Source: Octopus sinensis (taxonomy: Eukaryota). From it: a stretch of DNA of 64,000 nt. The translations under genes were made by a program, and so were the position numbers. Positions 12,984 through 25,288 of this stretch are shown here, in pieces (the stretch's first letter is position 1; the number at the start of each line of letters is the position of its first letter). Under the pieces are notes generated by a model. It made no database searches and was not told the origin of the DNA. It was given only the letters and a program-made list of their open reading frames with translations. The stretch lies in the NCBI RefSeq assembly GCF_006345805.1, contig NC_043022.1, positions 1,984,001 through 2,048,000 on the forward strand. Direction: 5' to 3'.

Positions 12984-13370
12984 GTGGAGGCGCAATGGCC
13001 CAGTGGTTAGGGCAGCGGACTTGCAGTCATAGGATCGCGGTTTCGATTCCCAGACCGGGCGTTGTGAGTGTTTATTGAGCGAAAACACCTAAAAAGCTCC
13101 ACGAGGCTCTGGCAGGGGATGGTGGTGATCCCTGCTGTACTCTTTCACCATAACTTTCTCTCACTCTTACTTCCTGTTTCTGTTGTACCTGTATTTCAAG
13201 GGGCCGGCCTTGTAACTCTCTGTGTCACACTGAATATCCCCGAGAACTACGTTAAGGGTACACGTGTCCGTGGAGTGCTCAGCCACTTACACATTAATTT
13301 CATGAGCAGGCTGTTCCGTTGATTCGGATCAACCGGAACCCTCATCATCGTAACCGACGGAGTGCTTCCA
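12984..13370 (+). mobile_element. Family C tRNA-derived SINE, full length
   Basis: GGAGGCGCAATGGCCCAGTGGTTAGGGCAGCGGACT head with A/B-box-like motifs; TSD-like ACTAGCT on both sides. Confidence 0.92.
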
Positions 13371-13385
13371 CACTAGCTTAATAAT

Positions 13386-13797
13386 GGTTTCAAATTTTGG
13401 CAATTTTGAGGGAGGGAGTAAGTTGATTAGATTGACCCCAGAGGTCCTTATTCTATTGACCCCAAATAGATAAAAGGAAAACTCATCCTCAGCAGAATTT
13501 GAACTCACAATGTAAAAATTGATGAAATGTCGCTAAATATTTTGTCTGGCGCCGTAGTGGTTCTGCCAGCTTGCCATCTTAAATACCAGCTTAATAATCA
13601 TTTCTGCTATAGGCACAAGGCCTGAAATTTTGGGGGAGGGGGGGCAGTCGATTAGATCGACCCCTGTATGCAACTGGTACTCAATCTATCGACCCCCAAA
13701 GGGATGAAAGGCAAAGTTGACCTCAGTGGATTTTCAACTCAGAACGGAGTGACAGTGAAATGCTGCAAAGCTATTCGTCCAATGTGCTAACTGCCTT
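13386..13797 (-). mobile_element. Two family B SINEs (13386-13580, 13599-13797) separated by AAATACCAGCTTAATAAT
   Basis: GAATTTGAACTCA and related B motifs; host motif repeated between them. Confidence 0.75.
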
Positions 13798-13812
13798 AAA
13801 ATACCAGCTTAA

Positions 13813-14297
13813 TACTCTTTACTCTTTACTCTTTTACTTGTTTCAGTCATTTGACTGCGGCCATGCTGGAGCACCGCCTTTAGTCGAGCAACTCGACCCC
13901 GGGACTTATTCTTTTTGTAAGCCCAGTACTTATTCTAAGTGACGGGGACGTAAACACACCAGCATCGGTTGTCAAGCAATGCTAGGAGGACAAACACAGA
14001 CACACAAACACACCAGCATCGGTTGTCAAGCAATGCTAGGGGGACAAACACAGACACACAAACACACCAGCATCGGTTGTCAAGCAATGCTAGGAGGACA
14101 AACACAGACACACAAACACACACACACATACATATATATATACATATATACGACGGGCTTCTTTCAGTTTCCGTCTACCAAATCCACTCACAAGGGTTTG
14201 GTCATAGCAGAAGACACTTGCCCAAGATGCCACGCAGTGGGACTGAACCCGGAACCATGTGGTTGGTTAGCAAGCTACTTACCACACAGCCACTCCT
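13813..14297 (-). mobile_element. Family A SINE with a 54 bp internal triplication
   Basis: AAACACACCAGCATCGG at 13952, 14006, 14060. Confidence 0.9.
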
Positions 14298-14457
14298 ATG
14301 ACAGTTATTTTACTAAATTCAATATTTTAAAAATTAATTGAAACAAAAGCTGTGTATTTTAACAGAAATATGGTAACATAAGGGTTAAAGTGATCTTAGT
14401 TATAGCCTTCCATCAAAATATCATGTTAATTTATGTCCCAAACACCAGATTAATAAT

Positions 14458-14675
14458 GTTTTCTACTGAAGGCACAAGGCCTTAAAATTTTGGGGGAGGA
14501 GGGGACTAGTTGATTACATCGACCCCAGTGTTTCACTGGTATTTAATTTATTGACCCTGAAAGAATGAAAGGCAAAGTCGACCTCGGCAAAATTTGAACT
14601 CAGAATGTAGCAGCAGACGAAATACCAGTAAGTATTTCGCATGGTATGCCAACAATTCTGCCAGCTCACCGCCTT
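14458..14675 (-). mobile_element. Family B SINE
   Basis: GAATGAAAGGCAAAGTCGACCTCGGC core; flanked by AAACACCAG(A/C)TTAA on both sides. Confidence 0.85.
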
Positions 14676-14837
14676 AAACACCAGCTTAAGAACAACAAAG
14701 TTATTTTACTAAATTCTTCATTAATCAATTAATTGAAACAAAGGTAACGTATTTCAGCAGTTATATGGTAACAAAAGGGTTAAAGTGATCTAAATTAAAA
14801 CCTTAAAACAAAACTTCATGCTAATTTTTATTCTGGG

Positions 14838-15221
14838 GGAAGCACTCCATCGGTTACGACGACAAGGGTTCCGGTTGATCCGAATCAACGGAACAGCCTG
14901 CTCATGAAATTAATGTGTAAGTGGCTGAGCACTCCACAGACACGTGTACCCTTAACGTAGTTCTCAGGGATATTCAGCGTGACACAGAGAGTGACAAGGC
15001 CGGCCCTTTGAAATACAGGTACAACAGAAACAGGAAGTAAGAGTGAGAGAAAGTTGTGGCGAAAGAGTACAGCAGGGATCGCCACCATCCCCTGCCGGAG
15101 CCTCGTGGAGCTTTAGGTGTTTTCGCTCAATAAACACTCACAACGCTTGGTCTGGGAATCGAAACCGCGATCCTACGACCGCGAGTCCGCTGCCCTAACC
15201 ACTGGGCCATTGCGCCTCCAC
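14838..15221 (-). mobile_element. Family C SINE, full length
   Basis: Near-identical to other C copies; 12 bp TSD AATTTTTATTCT (14823-14834, 15222-15233). Confidence 0.93.
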
Positions 15222-15829
15222 AATTTTTATTCTAAGCACCAGTTTAATAACGACAAAATTATCTTACTAAATTCTTCATTATTTTAAAAATTAATTGAAA
15301 CAAAAGGCAGTGTATTTCAACAGCAATATGGTAACAAAAGTGTTAAAGTGATCTCAGTTATAGCCTTCAATCAAAATTTCATGTTAATTTATGTTCCATA
15401 TATCGGTTTAATAATGACAAAGTTACTTGAATAAATCAATCATTATTCTCAAAGTTAATTGCCCCAAAGCAAGCATACAAATAGAAAAATGGTAATGAAA
15501 GGGTTAAAAATGATCAAAAACCAAAGGAATATTGTTATTATTACGTTGGGATCCTAAAATAACCAATGTTGACAGCAACAACAAGTACTGATGTGCTATT
15601 GATGTAGAATCACTGGGGTGTGGCTAATTGAAGAGGTATAATGGGTCGTTAGAGTGCATCCAATGGAGGGTGAGGGGTGGGAACAGAAATGGTGCACCAA
15701 AAGGTGCAAAAACATGCAGCTGAGAGTTATTTTGGCAGAGTTGTGAGATCAAATGAATGAATAAATGGGAAAATAAATAAAAGGCTTTTATTCACTTCCT
15801 CATTCCAATCTCATGCTGAAATAGAGACC

Positions 15830-16380
15830 ACTAGCACCACCACCACCACCACAGCCATCATTTTCACCCCACCACCATCACCACCACCACTACCATCACT
15901 GGTATTGTCATCATCACCATCAACATTATCATTGTTATCACCACCACTACCACCACCACCATTATCATAATCATCATAACCACCCCACACCCACCATCGC
16001 CGCCACCACCACCACCATCATCATCACTGTCACCATCATTATCGTCACTGCCACTGCCACCAGTACCACAACCACCACCACCACCATCGCCGTCACCACC
16101 ATCATCGCCGTCACCATCATTATCGTCACTGCCACTGCCACCAGTACCACAACCACCACCACCAATTTTATCACCGTCTTCACCAACATCACCACCACCA
16201 CCACCACCACTACCGTTATCATTTTCACCCGCCTACATTACCACCATCACTGGTATTGTCATCACCACCTTCACCATCCTCATCAACATTATCATCGTTT
16301 ATCACCACCACCACCAACACCACCACCCTCATCACTTTTATCACCATCTTCACCATCAACATTATAGTCGTCCTCACCCC
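15830..16380. repeat. (CAC/CAT)n degenerate trinucleotide tract
   Basis: Seen directly. Confidence 0.9.
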
Positions 16381-16691
16381 TCCCCCCTCATCCTCATCCG
16401 CACATGATGTTGTTAGTAAACAATAGACACCAAATACAAGCGCCCCCCCCCCCCCCCGCTCACGCAAAACAAAACTGTTTTGATCCCTGAAAAATCTAGC
16501 TGTGATGGTAGAGTTCTGTAACAGGAAACCTATTTCCCCTTTGACTTCCATGTTACAGGAAAACAACGGGGGGGGGGGGAGGGGGAAGAAAGAAAGGTTT
16601 CATGTTACACCAACATTTTTCAATGCTGCAATGTTCACTTAATGCAGGGCACGAGGCAGATTCTAGCAAAATCTAAAATTACAAAGAGTAT

Positions 16692-17311
16692 TTGTGTGGT
16701 AAGTAGCTTGTTTACCAACTTATGCATGCCTTTCCTCCCTTGGACACAAAGACTTGTTGAGGCACCAGCCTCGCCTGGCACCTGTGTCGGTGGCACGTAA
16801 AAAGCACCCACTACACTCACGGAGTGGTTGGCGTTAGGAAGGGCATCCAGCCGTAGAAACATTGCCAGATAAGACTGGAGCCTGGTGCAGCCTTCTGGCT
16901 TCCCAGATCCCCAGTCAAACCGTCCAACCCATGCTAGCATGGAGAACGGACGTTAAACGATGATGATAGTTCTGGGTTCAGTCCCATTACGTGGCACCTT
17001 GGGGAAGTGTCTCCTACCATAGCATAAGGCTGACCAAAGCCTTGTGAGTGGATTTGGTAGACGGAAGCTGAAAGAAGCCCGTTGTATATGTGTGTGCGTG
17101 TGCGTATATGTTTATATGCGTGTTTGTCACCCCAACATAGCTTGACAATCTATGTTGGTGTGTTTACATCCCCCGTTAATTAGCAGTTTGGCAAAAGAGA
17201 TGGATAGAATAAGTACTAGGCTTACAAAGAATAAGTCCTGGGGTCAATTTGCTTGACTAAAGGTGGTGCTCCAGCATGACCACAGTCAAATGACTGAAAG
17301 AATTAAAAGAA
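16692..17311 (+). mobile_element. Family A SINE interrupted in its head by a family E element (about 16735-16968)
   Basis: GTGTGGTAAGTAGCTTGTTTACCAAC resumes as GTTCTGGGTTCAGTCCC at ~16969; E motif GGTTGGCGTTAGGAAGGGCATCCAGCC lies between. Confidence 0.8.
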
Positions 17312-17319
17312 TTCATTTA

Positions 17320-17710
17320 TCTGTTTTTTACTTGCCTCAGTCCTTAGACTGTGGCCATGCTGGAGCACTGAGTTGAAGAATATGAGTTGAGTGGATCAAC
17401 CCGAGTCCTTTTTTTTGTTTTGTTTTGTTTTTAAAGCCTGGTGCTTATTCTATTGGTTGTCTATTTTGCTGAACCGCTAAATTATAAGGATGTAAACAAA
17501 CCAACGCCAGTTGTCAAATGGTAGTGGCAGAACTAACACAGATACACACACACATATCATGGGCTTGTTTCAGTTTCCATCTACCAAATCCACTCACAAG
17601 GCTTTGCTTGGCCTGTGGCTATAGTAGAAGACACTTACTCGTGGTGCAGTGCAATGGGACTGAACCTGGAACCATGTGGTTGGGAAGCAAACTACTTACC
17701 ATACAACCAC
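17320..17710 (-). mobile_element. Family A SINE, diverged subfamily
   Basis: GTGGCCATGCTGGAGCAC...GGGACTGAACCTGGAACCATGTGG. Confidence 0.8.
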
Positions 17711-17811
17711 ATTTTTATAAATCAGTGACTGAAGGATTTAAAGAATTCAAAAGTGGAATAAATTGTTTCGGAAGGAGGGAAGTGTAACGTTTTTGGTAAA
17801 GCACTTCAATG

Positions 17812-17999
17812 GAGATAGATAGATAGATAGATATATGGATGGATGGATGGATTGATGGATGGATGGATGGATGGAGAGATAGATAGATAGATATATGGAT
17901 GGATGGATGGATTGATGGATGGATGGATTGATGGATGGAAGGAGAGATAGATAGATAGATATATGGATGATGGATGGATGGATTGATGGATGGAAGGAG

Positions 18000-18032
<33 letters not shown>

Positions 18033-18153
18033 TGGATGGATAGATAGATAGATATATGGATGGATGGATTGATGGATGGATGGAGAGATAGATAGGTAGA
18101 TAGATAGATATATGGATGGATGGATGGATTGATGGATGGATGGATGGATGGAG

Positions 18154-18186
<33 letters not shown>

Positions 18187-18700
18187 TATGGATGGATGGA
18201 TGGATTGATGGATGGATGGATGGAGAGATAGATAGATAGATAGATAGATAGATATATGGATGGATGGATGGATTGATGATGGATGGATGGAGAGATAGAT
18301 AGATAGATAGATAGAAGATAGATAGATAGATATGGATGGATGATGGATGGATGGATGGAGAGATAGATAGATAGATAGATAGATAGATATATGGATGGAT
18401 GGATGGATTGATGGATGGATGGATGGAGAGATAGATAGATAGATAGATAGATAGATATATGGATGGATGGATGGATTGATGGATGGATGGATGGAGAGAT
18501 AGATAGATAGATAGATAGATAGATATATGGATGGATGGATGGATTGATGGATGGATGGATGGAGAGATAGATAGATAGATAGATAGATAGATATGGATGG
18601 ATGGATTGATGGATGGAAGGAGAGATAGATAGATAGATAGATAGATATGGATGGATAGATAGATAGATATATGGATGGATGGATTGATGGATGGAAGGAG

Positions 18701-18752
<52 letters not shown>

Positions 18753-18771
18753 GATAGATAGATATGGATGG

Positions 18772-18805
<34 letters not shown>

Positions 18806-18809
18806 ATAA

Positions 18810-18845
<36 letters not shown>

Positions 18846-18890
18846 ATAGAGAGAGAGAGAAAGAGAGATAGACAGATAAAGAGAGAGATT
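17812..18890. repeat. Alternating (AGAT)n/(GGAT)n compound microsatellite ending in (AG)n
   Basis: Seen directly. Confidence 0.95.
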
Positions 18891-19807
18891 ATCTAAATGG
18901 TATTGAATGACATTATTGAAGGAGTGTAAAGGAGAGAAAGGAGGGTGAGATGGGGGAAAATGGTAAAGAATAAATGTGGGAGGAGGTGAAAAGAGAAAAG
19001 TGTGAAGAATGAGAGTGGGAGGGGGAAGATGTGGTGCCTCATAAAAGGGCACCTGTGCTGGTGCCACATAAAAAGCACCCATACTGGTGCTACGTTTAAA
19101 GCAATTGTGTTGGTGCCATGCAAAAAGTACTTAGTATATTTTGTAAATTGGTTGGTGCTAGGAAAGGTGTCCAGCTGTAGAAACCAAGCCAAAACTGATG
19201 ATTCAAATAAGTAAGAACTTGTGGAAGAGAAGGACAGAAGACATGAGAAGAATTGGCAGAGGATGATACACAGGTTGTGTGGTTGAAAGCTGGAGAAAGA
19301 AGTGTGGGAGAAGGAATGAGGAGTACTGGGAAGAACTGGTCATGGTTGATAAAAGGGCTAAGTAAATCAAAATGGATGGAAGATATGAAGGAGAAAGATA
19401 GAGGAAAGAATGGGGAGTATCGTTGAGGATGATAGAAGGGCTAAGAAGAAGGAACAGGTGTAAGACAAGAAGATGTGTAGAGTTAGAAAGGATGAAAGAA
19501 GAGCCAAGGGATTTCAAGCAGGAAGGGAAGCAGTGAGAAAAATATAGGGAGTTATGTGAAAGAGATGGGTTGAGGAAAACATGGGATGGAATGAAAAGAT
19601 ACATTGAAGGATCAAATGGTTCCAATGGGAAGGAACATGAGGAAATGAAGGACAAAGGAAGCAATGGAAAGGGTTGTAGAGAGAGAGAGATAGAAGAATG
19701 AAATTGTTCCAATAAGAAGCAACATTTTGAAGAGAATATGTGAGAAAGACATGGGATGGCATGAAAGCATGCATAGACAGGCCAAATGGTTCCAATTGAA
19801 AAGAAAA

Positions 19808-20309
19808 TCTTTATATATAAAAGTGAGGTTGTGTGTCTGTCTGTCTCCTATGATTTAGATTCCTAACTACTCCCACATTTTGCATTGCAGTTTAACCAAA
19901 ACCGGGTATCTTATAGTCGTGATTCATATCGAGCCCTTCTGGGTATTAGCGCGCGTCTACGATGAGTCTATGATTTTAAAAATAATTTACCATCATTTTT
20001 TTCTATTTTAATGCAATTTTTCGCTATTATATAAGGGAAGTAACTCTCTAAAAATGTCTACGATGAGTCTACGATTTAAAAAAAATTTACCATAATTTTT
20101 TTCCACTTTAATGCATTTTTTCGCTATTATATAAGGGAAGTAACTCTCTAAAAATGTCTACGGTGAGTCAACGATTTAAAAAAAAAATTACCATAATTTT
20201 TCTTCCATTTTTAATGCATTTTTTTGCTATTTTTTGGCTATAACTCTCTAAAAATGCTTATATAGTTATTTCCCTTACAAACCCGAGCAACGCCGGGCGA
20301 TACTGCTAG
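19808..20309 (+). mobile_element. Non-autonomous Helitron with three ~100 bp internal tandem repeats
   Basis: 5' TC(TTTATATATAAAAG), 3' hairpin CCCGAGCAACGCCGGG then CTAG; inserted between A and T with no TSD; GTCTACG(A/G)TGAGTC at ~19956, 20056, 20157. Confidence 0.88.
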
Positions 20310-20529
20310 TGAGGAAATAAAAGCCAGAGTAAAACCTGGAAAGGGCTGTAAAGATAGATAGAAGGGTTAAAGTTTGAGTGAAGGCACAAACGGTTCCATA
20401 TAGAAGGAATGTTTCGAAGAGAAGAAAGAAAGAAGTGTATTGTAATTGTTAAGAGAATGGTTGAATGTTTACAATCAGAAGGAATATGGTGAAAATAAGG
20501 ACAGAAGAATGCATGGGAATTATTGTGGT

Positions 20530-20915
20530 GGAAGCACTCCGTCGGTTACGAAGACAAGGGTTCCGGTTGATCCAAATCAACGGAACAGCCTGCTCGTGAA
20601 ATTAACGTGTAAGTGGCTGAGCACTCCACAGACACATGTACCCTTAACGTAGTTCTCGGGGATATTCAGCGTGACACAGAGAGTGACAAGGCCGGCCCTT
20701 TGAAATACAGGTACAACAGAAACAGGAAGTAAGAGTGAGAGAAAGTTGTGGTGAAAGAGTACAGCAGGGATCACCACCATCCCCTGCCGGAGCCTCGTGG
20801 AGCTTTTTAGGTGTTTTCGCTCAATAAACACTCACAACGCCCGGTCTGGGAATCGAAACCGCGATCCTATGACCGCGAGTCCGCTGCCCTAACCACTGGG
20901 CCATTGCGCCTCCAC
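20530..20915 (-). mobile_element. Family C SINE, full length
   Basis: TSD GAATTATTGT (20517-20526, 20919-20928). Confidence 0.93.
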
Positions 20916-21299
20916 AAAGAATTATTGTAAATGTAGACATGCAAAAGTTTGGAAGAAAAAGACCGAGGAGGACACGGGTAGCATTGTAGAATTCTGATCT
21001 GAATATTCTGTGTCTGATAAAGGAGATTCCAACTAACTGACTGTAATTGGTAAGAATCTGTGTTGAAGAAACTATATGAATGCATCCTGGTAGGAATGGA
21101 AAAGGCAGATATAAAGAAATGATGATTATGAAAGTGTTTCTGACTCTAAAGATGGAGTTTTTTTATTTTTCAAGAACAGTGTGTCCGTTCCTTTATGCAG
21201 GACAAAACACCACTGAAGACCAAAATACAATATAACCAATCATATTGGAGTTTTTCTCTCACTACATCACCGGCTGTTGTGGTTGTCATGGTGATGGGG

Positions 21300-21645
21300 A
21301 GGTTTGGCCATGCTGGGGCACTGTCTTGAAGAATTTCAGCTGAAGGAATTGACCTCAGTACTTAGTTTTATGTTTCTTTTATAAAGCCTGATACTTATCC
21401 TGTTGGTCTCTTTTGCCAAACTGTTAAGTTATAGGGATGTAAACACACCAACACCAGTTATCAATTGGTGGTTGGATACAAATACACACATACACATGAC
21501 AGGCTTCTTTCAGTTTCTGCATATCAAAGTCACTCACATGGTTTTGGTTGGCCTCAGGCTATAATAGAAGACACTTACCCAAGGTGCCATGCAGTGGGAC
21601 TGAACCCAGAGCCTTGTGGTTGGAAAGCAAACTTCTTACCATACA
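21300..21645 (-). mobile_element. Family A SINE, diverged subfamily
   Basis: GGCCATGCTGGGGCAC...GGGACTGAACCCAGAGCC. Confidence 0.75.
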
Positions 21646-21692
21646 GCCCTGATTTTGTTCTTGCAATACACTTACACCTTACAACTGCTTAT

Positions 21693-22017
21693 GTGAAGGC
21701 ACATGGCTTAGTGTTTAAGGCATTTGGCTTATGATCATGAGGTCATGAGTTCAATTCTCGGCAATGCGTTGTGTCCTTGAGCAAGACACTTTATTCTACA
21801 TTGCTTCCCAGTCCACTGAGCTGGGAAAATGAGTAGTACTTGTATTTCAAAGGGCCAGCCTTGTCACACTCTGTGTCACACTGAATGTCCCTGAGAACTA
21901 TGTTAAGGGTACATGTGTCTGTGGAGTGCTCAGCCACTTGCAAGTAAATTTCATGAGCAAGCTGTTCTGTTGATCGTATCAGCTAGAACCCTCATCGTCA
22001 TAACCAATGGAGTGATC
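21693..22017 (+). mobile_element. CORE-type SINE with a family D-like head/core and a family C 3' tail
   Basis: GTGAAGGCACATGG head; TTGTGTCCTTGAGCAAGACACTTTAT core; tail from CTTGTATTTCAAAGGGCC matches C. Confidence 0.75.
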
Positions 22018-22037
22018 CTACTACTATTACAACTACA

Positions 22038-22421
22038 GGAGGCGCAATGGCCCAGTGGTTAGGGCAGCGGACTCGCAGTCGTAGGATCGCGGTTTCGATT
22101 CCCAGACCGGGCGTTGTGAGTGTTTATTGAGCGAAAACACCTAAAAAAGTTCCTCGAGGCTCCGGCAGGGGATGGTGGTGATCCCTGCTGTACTCTTTCA
22201 CCACAACTTTCTCTCACTCTTTCTTCCTGTTTCTGTTGTACCTGTATTTCAAAGGGCCGGCCTTGTCACTCTCTGCGTCACGCTGAATATCCCCGAGAAC
22301 TACATTAAGGGTACACGTGTCTGTGGAGTGCTCAGCCACTTACACGTTAATTTCACGAGTAGGCTGTTCCGTTGATCGGATCAACCGGAACCCTCATCGT
22401 CGTAACCGACGGAGTGCTTCC
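22038..22421 (+). mobile_element. Family C SINE, full length
   Basis: TSD TACAACTAC (22028-22036, 22427-22435). Confidence 0.93.
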
Positions 22422-22634
22422 ACCACTACAACTACTGGTTATAGACACCAACCATTTGTGGTTACTGTATGCAGCTAGAAAGACAGGATTTATTTAAGAG
22501 CTGATCCCCCTGGACTACATACTGAGCACAGAGCTAGTGAAAGCAATGTACACTTTGAATAGGCAACTTTTTACTCATTAAATTTGGTCCACCAATAGCT
22601 TGTCCATTGACAGAATGTAGATCAAAACACTCTG

Positions 22635-22803
22635 ACCTTTCTGTGAAATGGTTGGCATTCGGAAGAGCATCCAGCTTCATACCAAAACAGATGGTGGAAC
22701 TTGGCACAGTCCTCTGGCTTACCATCTCCTGTTAAACCATCCAACCCATGTCAGCATGGAAGATGGACGTTGAATAATGATGATGACGGTGATGATGATG
22801 ATT
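22635..22803 (+). mobile_element. Family E element, diverged, (GAT)n tail
   Basis: GGTTGGCATTCGGAAGAGCATCCAGC...CCAACCCATGTCAGCATGG. Confidence 0.7.
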
Positions 22804-22940
22804 TCTGACATCAATCTATTTTAGACAAGGTGTTAACTAAAAGATAAAATAATCCATTTATTTTCTTTTCCATTTCATTTATGGTTTTTTTTTACATCAC
22901 TTAGAAGGTGCCTGGGTACTGCCTGTCCCTCTCTCTCTCT

Positions 22941-23332
22941 TTACTCCTTACTCTTTTACTTGTTTCAGTCATTTGACTGCGGCCATGCTGGAGCACCGCC
23001 TTTAGTTGAGCAAATCGACCCCGGGACTTATTCTTTGTAAGCCGAGTACTTATTCTATCGGTCTCTTTTGCCAAACCGCTAAGTGACAGGGACGTAAACA
23101 CACCAGCATCGGTTGACAAGCAATGCTAGGGGGACAAACACAGACACACAAACATATACGCACACACATATATATATATGACAGGCTTCTTTCAGATTCC
23201 GTCTACCAAATCCACTCACAAGGCATTCGTCGGCCCGGGGCTATAGTAGAAGACACTTGCCCAAGATGCCACGCAGTGGGACTGAACCCGGAACCATGTG
23301 GTTGGTTGGCAAGCTACTTACCACACAGCCAC
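22941..23332 (-). mobile_element. Family A SINE, full length
   Basis: High identity to the 33767 and 36161 copies. Confidence 0.9.
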
Positions 23333-23489
23333 AAACAAAATGAAATAAAACTAGGATAAACTATTAAATGAAAAGAGTGGGTTGTTTATTGTTTCCTTTG
23401 TAAAATGGATTTACAATGTCTGATGTGAAATACTCAATTCAGGACTGTGGCGGAAAATAAGTGAAGAGAAAAAATAAATGAATGTTAAA

Positions 23490-24170
23490 AAGATGACGAT
23501 GACAATGATGATTATGGTGGTGGTGGTTGTGATGATGATGATGGTGATGATGATGGTGGTGATGATGATGGTAGTGGTGGTGATGATGATGGTGGTGGTG
23601 GTGATGATGATGGTGGTGGTGTGATGATGGTGGTGGTGGTGGTGATGATGGTGGTGGTGGTTATGATGATGGTGGTAGTGGTGGTGATGATGGTGATGAT
23701 GATGGTGATGATGATGATGGTGATGATGATGGTAGTGGTGGTGATGATGGTGGTGGTGGTGATGATGATGATGGTGATGATGATGGTAGTGGTGGTGATG
23801 ATGGTGTTGGTGATGGTGATGATGATGGTGATGATGATGGTAGTGGTGGTGATGATGGTGGTGGTGGTGATGATGATGATGGTGATGATGATGGTAGTGG
23901 TGGTGATGATGGTGGTGATGATGATGGTAGTGGTGGTGATGATGGTGGTGGTGGTGATGATGATGATGGTGATGATGATGGTAGTGTGGTGATGATGGTG
24001 GTGGTGATGATGATGATGGTGTGATGATGGTAGTGGTGGTGATGATGGTGTTGGTGATGGTGATGATGATGGTGATGATGATGGTAGTGGTGGTGATGAT
24101 GGTGGTGGTGGTGATGATGATGATGGTGATGATGATGGTAGTGGTGGTGATGATGGTGTTGGTGATGGTG

Positions 24171-24227
<57 letters not shown>

Positions 24228-24362
24228 GCTGGCCAACGAAGTAGAGTCACATGCTGCTACAATGTTGTTTATGAATGGCTACATTGTTGCTTAACAATGA
24301 CGATGGTGATGATGATAATAGTAGTAGTAATAGTAGCAGTAGTAATAATAATAATAATAATG

Positions 24363-24397
<35 letters not shown>

Positions 24398-24460
24398 CAT
24401 AATAATAATAATTTCAACAATAGCAATGGTAACAACAACAACAACAACAACAACAACACT
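23490..24460. repeat. (GAT/GGT)n array (23490-24225) and (AAT/AAC)n tract
   Basis: Seen directly; source of poly-His and poly-Met ORFs. Confidence 0.95.
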
Positions 24461-24714
24461 AGTGGCAAAGAGATCAGATGAAATGGATGAAAGACACGAA
24501 ATATTAAATTACTTGAATGAATAGAGAAAGACACTGGAGAAGATGGGGAAGCTACCCCGAAGCTACCCCACTGGTTCTCTGAAGGATTGGGTATTTTGTG
24601 AAATACCAATGCCTTTTATATGTATGTGGATGTGTGTGTGTGTATTTAAATATAGTGAGAGAGAGAGAGAGAGAGAGAATGGGAAGAGTGAGAAAGATGG
24701 TTTGCTTTAATGCA

Positions 24715-24785
24715 AAATTATATATATACACACACACATATACACATATACATACATACATATACATACATATACATACATACAT

Positions 24786-24820
<35 letters not shown>

Positions 24821-25142
24821 AATAGTAATGCAATACGAGAGTATTGCTTTCCAGTAAAGAATAGCCCGTGAGGGAAAATTATACATAGAAGTAAATATAT
24901 GGTACAACGTTGTGCCATATATTTACTTCTATGTATATATATATATACACATACATACACATATATATATACACATACACACACACACATATATATATAT
25001 ACACATGTACATACAAGTGAGTGGACAAACGAAAGAAGGGCACTTAGCCAATTTATTGGGAGTTACATGTAGGGATCAAAACAGTTCGATTCAAACGAAT
25101 TTGAATCAAGCTGTTTTGATCCATATATATATATTTCTGCTG

Positions 25143-25217
<75 letters not shown>

Positions 25218-25254
25218 TATATATACACACACATATATACATATATATATACAT

Positions 25255-25288
<34 letters not shown>

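Larger units (their letters stand above)
12915..15510 (-). repeat. Tandem ~165 bp units related to one end of the TTAA MITE, interrupted by six SINE insertions
   Basis: Recurring AAATATGGTAACAAAAGGGTTAAAGTGATC near 12915, 14368, 14762 and 15325, and CCAGCTTAATAAT motifs. Confidence 0.7.

Noticed and set aside
12986-13060. tRNA-like sequences at the heads of families A-D
   Set aside because: Each continues into a SINE body, occurs in many diverged copies and lacks a closing acceptor stem
13068-13322. Recurrent ORF MVVIPAVLFHHNFLSLLLPVSVVPVFQ in eight places
   Set aside because: Incidental frame within the non-coding family C SINE; start and frame vary between copies
16516-16558. Small hairpin CTGTAACA...TGTTACAG
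   Set aside because: Stem of about 12 bp is too short for a miRNA precursor and is expected by chance
17715-19082. 455 aa [11 protein letters not shown]
   Set aside because: Translation of (ATCT)n/(ATCC)n repeats
23411-24250. Poly-His / poly-Met-Val ORFs (also 41094-41931, 7875-8354)
   Set aside because: Trinucleotide microsatellites open in several frames; no reflectin or other recognisable motif
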